A DNA stretch of 64,000 nt from Ruminococcaceae bacterium UBA1375 (GTDB lineage Bacteria > Bacillota > Clostridia > Oscillospirales > Ruminococcaceae). Made by a program: the position numbers and the translations under genes. The stretch is taken from positions 3,409 through 67,408 of the forward strand of contig DBRF01000006.1 of assembly GCA_002305795.1 (NCBI GenBank), written 5' to 3'. Position 1 is the first letter of the stretch. Every line of letters begins with the position of its first letter. The notes under the pieces were generated by a model. The model saw only the letters and a program-made list of their open reading frames with translations, was not told where the DNA came from and searched no databases. Shown here one piece after another: positions 1-8,095 of the stretch.

Positions 1-180
1 CGCCGGGGGTTTGCCCTGCGGGGCGGGCTCCACTGCGCCCCCTCCGCCCACGCCCAGCTGGGTACCTTGGAGGAAGGTGCGGTGCGGTGCAGCCTCGGCG
101 CCTTCAACACCGCCGCCGAGGTGGAACGGCTGATTGGGGCGGTGGGGGAGATGGCGAAGGGATATAGAAGTGAATCGTGA
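1..180 (+). CDS. C-terminal end of a class V aminotransferase-fold PLP enzyme (cysteine desulfurase / selenocysteine lyase-like); 5' part outside window
   Basis: Frame 1 is open from base 1 to TGA at 178-180. The translation ...RGGLHCAPSAHAQLGTLEEGAVRCSLGAFNTAAEVERLIGAVGEMAKGYRSES fits the conserved GLHCAP..LGT..VR.S.G.FNT..E C-terminal block of that family (recalled, not searched). Confidence 0.6.
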   Translation, partial: RRGFALRGGLHCAPSAHAQLGTLEEGAVRCSLGAFNTAAEVERLIGAVGEMAKGYRSES

Positions 181-250
181 AGGAAGGAAGAATGAATAGT
201 GAATCATTCAGGAGGATTCTCCCGTTGGTCGAATCTTCTATTAAAAGGGA
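165..250 (+). repeat. GAATGAA-heptad + hairpin intergenic element, copy a
   Basis: Sequence gaagtgaatcgTGAaggaaggaagaatgaatagtgaatcattcaggAGGATTCtcccgttggtcGAATCTTct. It is a purine-rich GAA/GAATGAA run followed by a 7-bp-stem hairpin. The same element occurs in reverse orientation at 8013-8095 and 20972-21048, and the heptad part at 7797-7845. It begins on the stop codon of the upstream CDS. Confidence 0.7.
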
Positions 251-257
251 AAAGAGC

Positions 258-303
258 GCTTTGCCCAAACTGCGGCCGTCCGGCGAAACAGTTTGGGCAA
301 AGC
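258..303. other. 15-bp perfect inverted repeat (stem-loop), no T-tract
   Basis: gctttgcccaaactg (258-272) pairs perfectly with cagtttgggcaaagc (289-303) around a 16-nt loop. It could be a 3' stabiliser or terminator-like hairpin for the upstream gene. Confidence 0.6.
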
Positions 304-503
304 CTTCCCTTTGATGAGAAGGCGGGATGAAGGATGAGAGTTCTTCCGCTGAATATAGAATTGACAGAAATGTCGTCTTTTGGTAAAATAAAGACACGGC
401 TTTTGCCTACTCCAAATTGGGGGGCAGAAGGATGGAGTTATAAAACGGTAAGCGGTTTCATCCCCTAAATTCGAGGATTTTACTTGAAAGGAGGGGATGT
501 GGT

Positions 504-581
504 GTGACGTGGGAACAATTTTTCATGGTCATCCAGACAGTTTTGTCGGCCCTTCTTGTGTATTATTCACGGAAGAAGTAA
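504..581 (+). CDS. small hydrophobic peptide, putative type I toxin (holin-like toxin type), module A
   Basis: GTG at 504 lies 7 nt after the SD aaaGGAGGGG (487-496). The 25 codons give VTWEQFFMVIQTVLSALLVYYSRKK. The same frame is conserved in copies B (11588) and D (46538) with synonymous third-base changes (acg/aca, tcg/tct, gcc/gct/gcg, ctt/ctg). Promoter: TTGACA 361-366, 17 nt, TAAAAT 384-389. Confidence 0.7.
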   Translation: MTWEQFFMVIQTVLSALLVYYSRKK

Positions 582-587
582 AAAAGA

Positions 588-698
588 CAAAATAAGGCAG
601 CCGCTCAAACGAAGTCCCTGAGCGGCTGCTTTTGCACCTAAAGGGGACGAGCCGTTTTCGATGGGTTGCTTCCGACAATCCCACAGCTCAATCCTTCT
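588..698 (-). ncRNA. putative antitoxin sRNA convergent to toxin A
   Basis: Minus-strand promoter TTGACA (733-728), 17 nt, TATAAT (710-705). The predicted transcript begins near 698 with AGCAGAAGGAT and ends at the shared hairpin 598-630 plus a T-rich tail on the minus strand (cttattttgtctttt). It has no SD-preceded ORF. Confidence 0.5.
597..635. terminator. bidirectional intrinsic terminator shared by toxin A mRNA and the convergent sRNA
   Basis: gcagccgctca / tgagcggctgc stem around an 11-nt loop. It is followed by tttt on the + strand and preceded by an A-rich tract (a T-tract on the - strand). Confidence 0.75.
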
Positions 699-879
699 GC
701 TATTATTATACCCATTTTCCGCCCTGCTGTCAAGGGAAGCGCTGCCCGGCGGAATGGAGTTTTGTAGGGAAAAACCCTAGGAAGCAAAATAATCCGAACA
801 AAATGACCCATTTCCCTTTCCAATGCAACGCTCACCGGAGGGTTTTCCTTCCTTTTTTCTTCACTCAAGGAAAAACCGG

Positions 880-908
880 TTGACAAACCCCTTCCCATCT
901 GGTACAAT
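880..908 (+). promoter_or_regulatory. sigma-A type promoter of the leu operon
   Basis: TTGACA 880-885, 17-nt spacer, TACAAT 903-908, directly upstream of the T-box leader. Confidence 0.75.
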
Positions 909-914
909 AGAATC

Positions 915-1213
915 CACAATAGTAAAAAAGCGATGATAAGAGAAAAGAACAGGTGCTCTGTGGGCAGAGAACCGCCGTTTGGTGCAAGGCGGAGACGGGG
1001 GCTTGTTTGGCTGGCTCTTTAGCTGTCCGCTGAACGGGGAGTCCCCTCAGTAGGTGGGAACGGAACGCCCCTCCGTTATCGGGGGTCGGGATTCGCAGAG
1101 TTTCTGCCGATCTTCGGTTGAGTGGACACGAAATCGTGTCAAGAAGAGTGGTACCACGGAGTTTAGCCTTCGTCTCTTTGCAGTTTTGGCTGCAATTAGA
1201 TGAAGGTTTTTTT
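915..1213 (+). promoter_or_regulatory. T-box riboswitch leader (tRNA-Leu inferred) controlling leuACDB
   Basis: There is a GA-motif region agcgatgatAAGAGAaaag near the 5' end and a Stem I distal-loop-like ggtgcaa. The conserved T-box sequence gaGTGGTACCACGGag lies at ~1145-1160. A terminator hairpin follows (ccttcgtc...gatgaagg, then ttttttt, 1166-1213) that can compete with an antiterminator. Amino-acid specificity is inferred from the downstream operon; the specifier codon was not resolved by eye. Confidence 0.85.
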
Positions 1214-1310
1214 GTACCGAAAACCCCCTCTTTTTTGGTTGAACCCGCCCATCCAAAGAGTCCTGATTTGGTTTTGCTGAATAGACAGCGAGGAAAGGTG
1301 AGTGTACCAA

Positions 1311-2969
1311 ATGAAAAACGCAGACAAGTATCAAAAGGGATTTTTCCTCCCCCCGGAACCCTGCTACGACTGGGTGAAAAAGGACGCCGTGGACAAGGCT
1401 CCCATCTGGTGCAGCGTGGATTTGCGGGACGGCAACCAGGCTTTGGTGGTGCCTATGAGCCTGGAAGAGAAGCTGGACTTCTTCCAGTATCTGGTGCAGC
1501 TTGGCTTTAAGGAAATCGAAGTGGGATTTCCCGCCGCCAGCGAAACGGAATTTGAATTTTTGCGCACCCTGATTGAAAAGGACATGATTCCCGACGACGT
1601 CACCATCCAGGTGCTGACCCAGTCCCGGGAGCACATCATCAAGCGCACCTTTGAAGCCTTAAAGGGCTGCAAGCACGCCATCGTCCACCTGTACAACTCC
1701 ACCAGTGTGGCCCAGCGGGAGCAGGTGTTCAAGAAGGACAAAGAGGCCATCATCGACATCGCCGTTACCGGGGCGGAGCTGTTTAACCAGTATGTGAAGG
1801 GCTACGAGGACCACTACCGCTTTGAGTACTCCCCGGAATCCTTCACCGGCACCGAGCCGGAGTTTGCGCTGGAAATCTGCAACCGGGTCATCGACATCTG
1901 GAAGCCCACCAAGGAACGGCCGGTAATCATCAACCTGCCGGTGACGGTGGAGATGAGCTCTCCCCACGTCTACGCCTGCCAGGTGGAGTACATGAGCAAG
2001 CACCTCCACGACCGGGAAAACGTACTCATCTCCCTCCACCCCCACAACGACCGGGGCTGCGCCGTGGCGGACACCGAACTGGGCCTGCTGGCGGGAGCCG
2101 ACCGGGTGGAAGGCACCCTCTTCGGCAACGGGGAACGCACCGGCAATGTGGACATCGTCACTCTGGCCATGAACCTGTTCAGCCACGGCATCGACCCCAA
2201 GCTGGACTTCTCCAACATGAACGAGACGGTGACCGCCTATGAAAAGGCCACCAAAATGCCGGTAGGAGACCGTCAGCCCTATGCGGGCAAGCTGGTGTTT
2301 GCCGCCTTCTCCGGCTCCCATCAGGACGCCATCGCCAAGGGCATGGATTGGCGCAAGGAAAAGAACCTCCACCAGTGGACGGTGCCCTATCTGCCCATCG
2401 ACCCCAAGGACGTGGGCCGGGAATACGAGAAGGACGTCATCCGAATCAACTCCCAGTCCGGCAAGGGGGGCATCGGCTATCTGCTGGAGCAGAAGTTCGG
2501 CTACCACCTGCCGCCGAAAATGCGGGAGCACTTCGGGTACCGGGTCAAGAGTGTCTCCGACCACGCCCACAAGGAGCTGAGCGCCGACGAGGTGTTCTCC
2601 ATCTTCCGCAAGGCGTACTGTCATGTGGAAGGGGCGGTAACCTTGGCGGATTACCACTTCCGCCGCCATGGGGAGGACATCACCGTGGATTTGACCTTGG
2701 AGGACAAAGGGGTGCGCCGCACTGCCACCGCGTCCGGCAACGGGCGGTTGGATGCGGTGAGCAACGCCGCCAAGGAGATTCTGGGGATGAACTACACCAT
2801 TGTAGCCTACACCGAGCACGCCTTGACCCAGTCCAGCAAGAGCCAGGCCGTGGCTTATGTGGGCATTGAGTACCAGGGGACGGTGTACTGGGGCGTCGGG
2901 GAGCATAGTGATATTATCGCCGCTTCCATTTTTGCCTTGGTCAGCGCCATCAACCAGGTGCGGAAATAA
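1311..2969 (+). CDS. leuA: 2-isopropylmalate synthase (long form)
   Basis: 552 aa from ATG 1311 (SD aggaaaggtgag at 1290-1301; the ORF opens at GTG 1302). Motifs: WCSVDLRDGNQAL, HPHNDRG, and a C-terminal LeuA dimerisation/regulatory region. It is first in the leuACDB cluster behind the T-box. Confidence 0.95.
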   Translation: MKNADKYQKGFFLPPEPCYDWVKKDAVDKAPIWCSVDLRDGNQALVVPMSLEEKLDFFQYLVQLGFKEIEVGFPAASETEFEFLRTLIEKDMIPDDVTIQVLTQSREHIIKRTFEALKGCKHAIVHLYNSTSVAQREQVFKKDKEAIIDIAVTGAELFNQYVKGYEDHYRFEYSPESFTGTEPEFALEICNRVIDIWKPTKERPVIINLPVTVEMSSPHVYACQVEYMSKHLHDRENVLISLHPHNDRGCAVADTELGLLAGADRVEGTLFGNGERTGNVDIVTLAMNLFSHGIDPKLDFSNMNETVTAYEKATKMPVGDRQPYAGKLVFAAFSGSHQDAIAKGMDWRKEKNLHQWTVPYLPIDPKDVGREYEKDVIRINSQSGKGGIGYLLEQKFGYHLPPKMREHFGYRVKSVSDHAHKELSADEVFSIFRKAYCHVEGAVTLADYHFRRHGEDITVDLTLEDKGVRRTATASGNGRLDAVSNAAKEILGMNYTIVAYTEHALTQSSKSQAVAYVGIEYQGTVYWGVGEHSDIIAASIFALVSAINQVRK

Positions 2970-3461
2970 CTTAAAGTTTTTTGGTGAAGCTTTTTTTCAA
3001 AAAAGCTTCTCAGGGTGTGGGGCAGACGCCCCACAAAGACTTCTTTTTTCTTTTCCATCCTGATTCCACCCAGGCAACTTGCCTCTGCTTTCTGGGAGCA
3101 GCTGCCATGATAATGGTGGAAATGCTGACCGGGCCAGTCGGGAACGGGCGGACAAAAAACAAGCCTGCCCCTGCGCAGAGCAGGCGGGCAGGTCGAGGGT
3201 TTGACCATGTTAAACGATTGCCCCCTCCCTCTGCCTACGGCAGTCGTCCGGGGCCGGTTTTAAAAGCCGGGTACCACGACTCGCACGGCTTCGGCCTCCC
3301 CCATTATGATTTACTTTGCACTCGATTCGCTGAGGTAAGCTGCCTGGTGCGAAATAAGATTCAAAAGATATTTTTGCAGGGGCTTTGCCCCTTGCATCCC
3401 CACAAGCCTTTTGAAAAAGGCTTGACCGAAAACTTCCAGTTTTGATACTATCCAACTTCCA
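2970..3461. repeat. mosaic intergenic element (LE family) filling the leuA-leuC spacer
   Basis: It is about 180 nt nearly identical to 4906-5067. Both ends are shared with 4752-5266. The 3'-proximal part (aaataagat...tgcaggggctttgccccttgca.ccccacaagcctttt.aaaaaggcttgacc) is the reverse complement of the start of the element at 18231-18330. The ORFs in it (2981..3445 and others) are not conserved as protein. Confidence 0.8.
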
Positions 3462-3479
3462 GTGAAAGGACTGATTCTC

Positions 3480-4751
3480 ATGGGTATGACCATGACCCAA
3501 AAAATCCTGGCCGCCCACGCCGGTTTGGATTCCGTTGTTCCCGGCCAACTCATCCGTGCCAACCTGGACATGGTGTTGGGCAACGACATCACCTCCCCGG
3601 TGGCCATCAATGAATTTGAAAAGGCGGGCTTCGACCACGTCTTCCACAAAAGCAAAATCTCCCTGGTGATGGACCACTTCACCCCCAACAAGGACATTAA
3701 GGCCGCTCAGCAGTGTAAGCAGGTGCGTACCTTTGCCCGGAAGTACGACATCGACAACTACTTCGATGTGGGGCAGATGGGCATTGAGCACGCACTCCTT
3801 CCGGAGCAGGGCATTGTGGCCCCCGGCGACTGCATCATCGGCGCCGACAGCCATACCTGCACCTACGGTGCCGTGGGTGCCTTCTCCACCGGGGTGGGTT
3901 CCACCGATATGGCCGCCGGCATGGCTACCGGCCAGGCCTGGTTCAAGGTACCCAGCGCCATTAAGTTTGTCCTCACCGGTGCATTGCAGGGCTGGGTGTC
4001 CGGCAAGGACGTGATTCTGCACATCATCGGCATGATTGGGGTGGACGGCGCTTTGTACAAATCCATGGAGTTCACCGGCCCCGGCCTGAAGAGCCTGTCC
4101 ATGGACGACCGCCTCTGCATGGCCAACATGGCCATTGAAGCCGGAGCGAAAAACGGCATCTTCGAGGTGGACGACATCACCCTGGCCTACGTCAACCAGC
4201 GGGTGAAGCGGGAGTACAAGGTGTACAAAGCCGACGAGGATGCCCAGTACGAGCAGGTCATTGAGATTGATCTGAGCAAGGTGCAGTCCACCGTCTCCTT
4301 CCCCCATCTGCCGGACAACACCCGCACCTTCGACCAGATTCCCGACATCGCCATCGACCAGGTGGTCATCGGCTCCTGCACCAACGGGCGGCTGAGCGAT
4401 TTGGAAGCGGCCTACAAGATTCTCAAGGGCCGGAAGGTGGCCAAGGACGTGCGGGCCATCATCATCCCCGGCACCCAGGCCATTTATTTGGAAGCCCTGA
4501 AGCGTGGGTGGCTGGAAGCCTTTATCGAGGCGGGCTGCATCGTTTCCACCCCCACCTGCGGTCCCTGCTTAGGCGGTCACATGGGTATTTTGGCGGAAGG
4601 GGAGAAAGCGGTGAGCACCACCAACCGGAACTTTGTGGGCCGGATGGGGCACATCACCAGCGAAGTCTACCTGGCCAGCCCGGCGGTGGCGGCGGCAAGC
4701 GCCGTGACCGGCAAGATTACTGACCCGGCGACGATTATGGCGGCGGAATAA
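3480..4751 (+). CDS. leuC: 3-isopropylmalate dehydratase large subunit
   Basis: 423 aa from ATG 3480 (SD gaaagga; the ORF opens at 3462). It has the aconitase-family motifs [17 protein letters not shown] and [10 protein letters not shown]. Confidence 0.95.
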   Translation: MGMTMTQKILAAHAGLDSVVPGQLIRANLDMVLGNDITSPVAINEFEKAGFDHVFHKSKISLVMDHFTPNKDIKAAQQCKQVRTFARKYDIDNYFDVGQMGIEHALLPEQGIVAPGDCIIGADSHTCTYGAVGAFSTGVGSTDMAAGMATGQAWFKVPSAIKFVLTGALQGWVSGKDVILHIIGMIGVDGALYKSMEFTGPGLKSLSMDDRLCMANMAIEAGAKNGIFEVDDITLAYVNQRVKREYKVYKADEDAQYEQVIEIDLSKVQSTVSFPHLPDNTRTFDQIPDIAIDQVVIGSCTNGRLSDLEAAYKILKGRKVAKDVRAIIIPGTQAIYLEALKRGWLEAFIEAGCIVSTPTCGPCLGGHMGILAEGEKAVSTTNRNFVGRMGHITSEVYLASPAVAAASAVTGKITDPATIMAAE

Positions 4752-5266
4752 AACTTAAAAGTTTTTTGGTGAAGCTTTTTTCAAAAAAGCTTCTCAGGGT
4801 GTGGGGTGAAACGACAGGTCTTTGACCTGCCCAAGTCCCACCTTAGCGGCCAAAAAGGCCGGCCGCTATTTTGCTTCGCAAAAGCCGGTGGAACTTGCCC
4901 CACAAAGGTTTCTTTTCCATCCTGATTCCGCTCAGGCAACTTGCCTCTGCTTTTTGGAAACAACTGCAATGATAATGGTGGAAAGGCTGACCGGGCCAGT
5001 AGAGAACGGGCGGACAAAAAACAGGCCTGCCCCTGCGCAGAGCAGGCGGGCAGGTCGAGGGTTTGACCGTTAGAGCCCGGCAAACGGTTGACGGCCCCCG
5101 TTTCACATCGGGCCGCTGGTTTTAAATTCCGCCTTCCTCACCCCGGCTACAGGATTTAACTGCCACGGACCCCTACAAAAGGACTCCGATTTGTTTGCAG
5201 GGCGCTGCCCTGCACCCGCCAGCCTTTGAAAAGGCTGGACCTAAACTTCAAGACCTCCAACTTCCA
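4752..5266. repeat. mosaic intergenic element (LE family) filling the leuC-leuD spacer
   Basis: It is a paralogue of 2970-3461 with a ~100-nt extra block (4807-4905). 5161-5250 (ctgccacggacccctacaaaaggactccg...gctggacctaaactt) also matches 61961-62095. Confidence 0.8.
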
Positions 5267-5284
5267 GTGAAAGGACTGATCCTC

Positions 5285-5767
5285 ATGATCGCACAAGGCA
5301 CCGTCCATAAATACGGCGACAATGTGGATACCGACGTGATTATCCCCGCCCGGTATCTGAATACCTCCGACGCCAAAGAATTGGCCAGCCACTGCATGGT
5401 GGACATCGACCCTGACTTCGTGACCCGGGTGAAGCCCGGAGACATTATGGTGGCGGATTACAACTTCGGCTGCGGTTCCTCCCGGGAACACGCCCCCTTG
5501 GCCATCAAGACCGCCGGTATCTCCTGCGTCATTGCCAAGACCTTTGCCCGGATTTTCTACCGCAACGCCATCAACATCGGCCTGGCTATTCTGGAATGCC
5601 CCGAAGCCGCCGACCACATCTCCGCCGGGGATGAGGTGAAGGTGGACTTCGACACCGGGGTCATCACCGATTTGACCACCGGCCAGTCTTTCCAGGCTCA
5701 GCCCTTCCCGGACTTTATCAAGGACATCATCGCCAAGGGCGGTTTGATGAATTCCATCAAAGGGTAA
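5285..5767 (+). CDS. leuD: 3-isopropylmalate dehydratase small subunit
   Basis: 160 aa from ATG 5285 (the ORF opens at 5195). Motifs: [15 protein letters not shown] and [12 protein letters not shown]. Confidence 0.95.
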   Translation: MIAQGTVHKYGDNVDTDVIIPARYLNTSDAKELASHCMVDIDPDFVTRVKPGDIMVADYNFGCGSSREHAPLAIKTAGISCVIAKTFARIFYRNAINIGLAILECPEAADHISAGDEVKVDFDTGVITDLTTGQSFQAQPFPDFIKDIIAKGGLMNSIKG

Positions 5768-5780
5768 GGAGGACTGTGCT

Positions 5781-6863
5781 ATGGAAAAGAAGATTGCGCT
5801 GATTAAGGGCGACGGCATCGGCCCGGAAATCGTGGATCAGGCGGTGCGGGTGCTGGACAAAATCTGTGAAAAGTACGGCCACACCTTCCACTACCAGCGA
5901 GTGCTCATGGGGGGCGAATCCATCGACGCCACCGGCGTTCCCCTCACCGACCAGGCTCTGGCCGACGCCAAGGCCAGCGATGCGGTGTTGCTGGGCAGCG
6001 TGGGCGGCCCCAAGTGGGACAGCCAGCCCGGACACCTCCGCCCGGAAAAGGGACTGCTCCAAATCCGCAAGGGATTAGGATTGTTTGCCAACCTCCGTCC
6101 CGCCTACCTGTACCCTCAGTTGAAGGAAGCCTGCCCGTTGCGGGAGGACATCATTGGGGACGGCTTTGATATGATCGTGGTCCGGGAGCTCACCGGAGGG
6201 TTGTACTTCGGCACCCACGAAACCAACGAGGAAAACGGGGAGCTGGTGGCCCACGACGATTTGCGGTACAGCGAAAGCGAGATCCGCCGGATTGCCGTCA
6301 AGGGCTTTGAGATTGCCAAGAAGCGCCGCTGCCACGTCACCAGCGTGGAGAAGTCCAACGTGCTGGATTCTTCCCGGCTGTGGAAGAAGATTGTCCACGA
6401 AGTGGCAGAAAGCTACCCGGAAGTGGAGCTCACCGATATGCTGGTGGACAACTGCGCCATGCAGCTGGTGAAGGACCCAAAGCAGTTTGACGTAATCCTC
6501 ACCGAGAATATGTTCGGGGACATCCTCTCCGACGAAGCCAGCATGGTTACCGGTTCCATCGGGATGCTGTCCAGCGCCAGCCTGAACGAGACCAAGTTCG
6601 GCCTGTACGAGCCCAGCCACGGCTCCGCCCCGGACATTGCCGGGAAGGATCTGGCCAACCCCATCGCCACCATCCTTTCCGCCGCCATGATGCTGCGGTA
6701 CTCCTTCGACATGGACAAGGAAGCGGACGACATCGAAGCCGCCGTCCGGAAGGTGTTGGAGCAGGGCTACCGCACCCCCGACATCCGCAGCCGGATTTCT
6801 CCGGAAGGGGAGATTGCCGTGGGCTGCAAGGGCATGGGAGACGCCATTGTGGCTGCGCTGTAA
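5781..6863 (+). CDS. leuB: 3-isopropylmalate dehydrogenase
   Basis: 360 aa. It carries the isocitrate/isopropylmalate dehydrogenase signature [21 protein letters not shown] and the N-terminal [13 protein letters not shown]. Confidence 0.95.
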   Translation: MEKKIALIKGDGIGPEIVDQAVRVLDKICEKYGHTFHYQRVLMGGESIDATGVPLTDQALADAKASDAVLLGSVGGPKWDSQPGHLRPEKGLLQIRKGLGLFANLRPAYLYPQLKEACPLREDIIGDGFDMIVVRELTGGLYFGTHETNEENGELVAHDDLRYSESEIRRIAVKGFEIAKKRRCHVTSVEKSNVLDSSRLWKKIVHEVAESYPEVELTDMLVDNCAMQLVKDPKQFDVILTENMFGDILSDEASMVTGSIGMLSSASLNETKFGLYEPSHGSAPDIAGKDLANPIATILSAAMMLRYSFDMDKEADDIEAAVRKVLEQGYRTPDIRSRISPEGEIAVGCKGMGDAIVAAL

Positions 6864-6995
6864 ACCGGCTGAAACAAAAACATCCCCTTGATCTGGGTTG
6901 ACAAAGGGGACGTTTTGGAGTCGCAATCAAGGCCAGGGTGTTCTGTCCCGTACTGACCGAAACGGCTCCGCTCCACAAAAACAAGACAAATAAGA

Positions 6996-7035
6996 AAGCA
7001 ACCGTCTGACGAACACTTGGACGGTTGCTTTTTTG
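6996..7035. terminator. bidirectional intrinsic terminator between leuB (+) and the phosphoesterase gene (-)
   Basis: aagcaaccgtc / gacggttgctt stem, tttt on the + side and a T-rich run on the - side. Confidence 0.8.
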
Positions 7036-7049
7036 CAATGAAAGACGTT

Positions 7050-7736
7050 TTATGATTTTTTTGAAACCTGCACCGGCACCACATCCTTAAACATAGCCCG
7101 GTACCGGGGCGGGATGGCTTTGTCCTTGTGGTAGCGGCCGAAGAACCACATCTTAAAATCCACCAGCTCGCTGATGCGCTGCAAAAACTGATGGAGAAAT
7201 CCCAAGGCGGTGTCGTTCTCGTTGAGGTTCATAAACTGCTTGATTTTCCCCGGGGCGTCGTGGGTGAGGATCACATCCACCTGATCCCCGTTGAGCCCCA
7301 GCCGGTTTAAGGCTTTGTCGGTCTGCTCCAGCACCGGAAGCCGCAGGGCGTGGGCCTTTTCCTGGGTCATCTCCTCTAAATCCTCCACCGGATCGCCTCC
7401 GCCGAAGGCAAAGATAGTGGTGTCCTCGATGGTGAAGATTTCCCCCCGGCAGAGGTGGCGGATGTTGGGAGCGATGGTGTGAACCATGCCGCCGCAGTAT
7501 TCCTCGGTGGGGTACTCCTCCAGCCGGTCGAAGTTTTCGTTTAACCCCTCCACAAAGAGGATGTTGTACTTCAGCTTGCTGAGATATTTTAAGGCGGCCT
7601 TTTCCTGTTTGCTGCCGTCCCAGATAAACCCGAAGTCCCCGCAGACCAGCAGGGTGTCCCCGGGCTTTAACTGCTTCATGTTCTTTTCCTTGAACCGTTC
7701 CAGATCTCCGTGGAGATCCCCGGTGATGTAGATCAT
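7050..7736 (-). CDS. metallophosphoesterase (calcineurin-like phosphoesterase family)
   Basis: 228 aa. It has MIYITGDLHGD, VCGDFGF and LTHDAPG metal-binding motifs. Confidence 0.8.
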   Translation of the reverse strand: MIYITGDLHGDLERFKEKNMKQLKPGDTLLVCGDFGFIWDGSKQEKAALKYLSKLKYNILFVEGLNENFDRLEEYPTEEYCGGMVHTIAPNIRHLCRGEIFTIEDTTIFAFGGGDPVEDLEEMTQEKAHALRLPVLEQTDKALNRLGLNGDQVDVILTHDAPGKIKQFMNLNENDTALGFLHQFLQRISELVDFKMWFFGRYHKDKAIPPRYRAMFKDVVPVQVSKKS

Positions 7737-7796
7737 GTTGATTCCCTCCCCGTACCATGCTATTGTAGCATATTTTCTGCTGTTTTCCTAGGGGGG

Positions 7797-7845
7797 GAAT
7801 TTGAAGAAATAATGAAGAATGAATAGTGAATAATGAATAATTTTG
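7797..7845 (+). repeat. GAATGAA-heptad repeat, copy b
   Basis: Sequence gaagaaataatgaagaatgaatagtgaataatgaataat. GAAGAATGAATAGT (7814-7827) is the perfect inverted partner of ACTATTCATTCTTC (8051-8064). Confidence 0.7.
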
Positions 7846-8012
7846 GTTGAGACCTGCGCTGCGCTTGGTCTCTTCCATTAAAAAAGAAATTGGAACGCAG
7901 TTGCAATCAGAAAAGTTATGCAAAATAGGAAAATTATTCCGATAAAATAAGAAATTTACGGCTTTTATTTCAACTGGCCAAACCACATCCCATCCACAAT
8001 TTTCCTTCTTTT

Positions 8013-8095
8013 CCCAATGGAAGATTCGACCGCAGGGAGAATCAACCTGAACTATTCATTCTTCATTCTTCACTCTTCATTTCTCCTTCTCCTCC
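8013..8095 (-). repeat. GAATGAA-heptad + hairpin element, copy c
   Basis: The reverse complement reads ggagaaaTGAagagtgaagaatgaagaatgaatagttcaggttGATTCtccctgcggtcGAATCttccat. This is the same layout as copy a and again starts on the stop codon (of rarA). Confidence 0.7.

Noticed and set aside
497-592. An alternative ATG-initiated frame in module A (MWCDVGTIFHGHPDSFVGPSCVLFTEEVKKTK).
   Set aside because: This frame is not conserved in the other five modules. The overlapping GTG frame (VTWEQFF...) is conserved with synonymous substitutions and has the better SD spacing.
361-733. The toxin/sRNA modules considered as classical MITEs or IS remnants.
   Set aside because: Apart from the two promoters and about 50 nt of paralogous leader there are no terminal inverted repeats. 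No target-site duplications and no transposase fragments are present. Mobility remains possible but is unsupported by the sequence.
1659-2906. Long antisense ORFs opposite highly expressed genes. Examples: 1659..2906(-) opposite leuA, 3210..4307(-) opposite leuC, 9332..11098(-) opposite the carboxypeptidase, 15711..16703(-) opposite dnaK, 35679..36914(-) opposite secD, 41275..42882(-) opposite rnr, and 52813..54711(-) opposite asnB.
   Set aside because: These are typical high-G+C shadow frames. The translations are Gly/Ala/Arg/Pro/Val/His-rich with no motifs, and they have no SD or promoter. The opposite strand in every case encodes a protein with unmistakable family signatures.
2981-3445. 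A 154-aa ORF, and related ORFs (2855..3208-, 4822..5073+, 4843..5106-, 4781..5083-), inside the leu spacers.
   Set aside because: The two spacers are conserved at nucleotide level with indels that break every frame. The ORFs have no SD and their translations are low-complexity. They are better explained as repeat elements.
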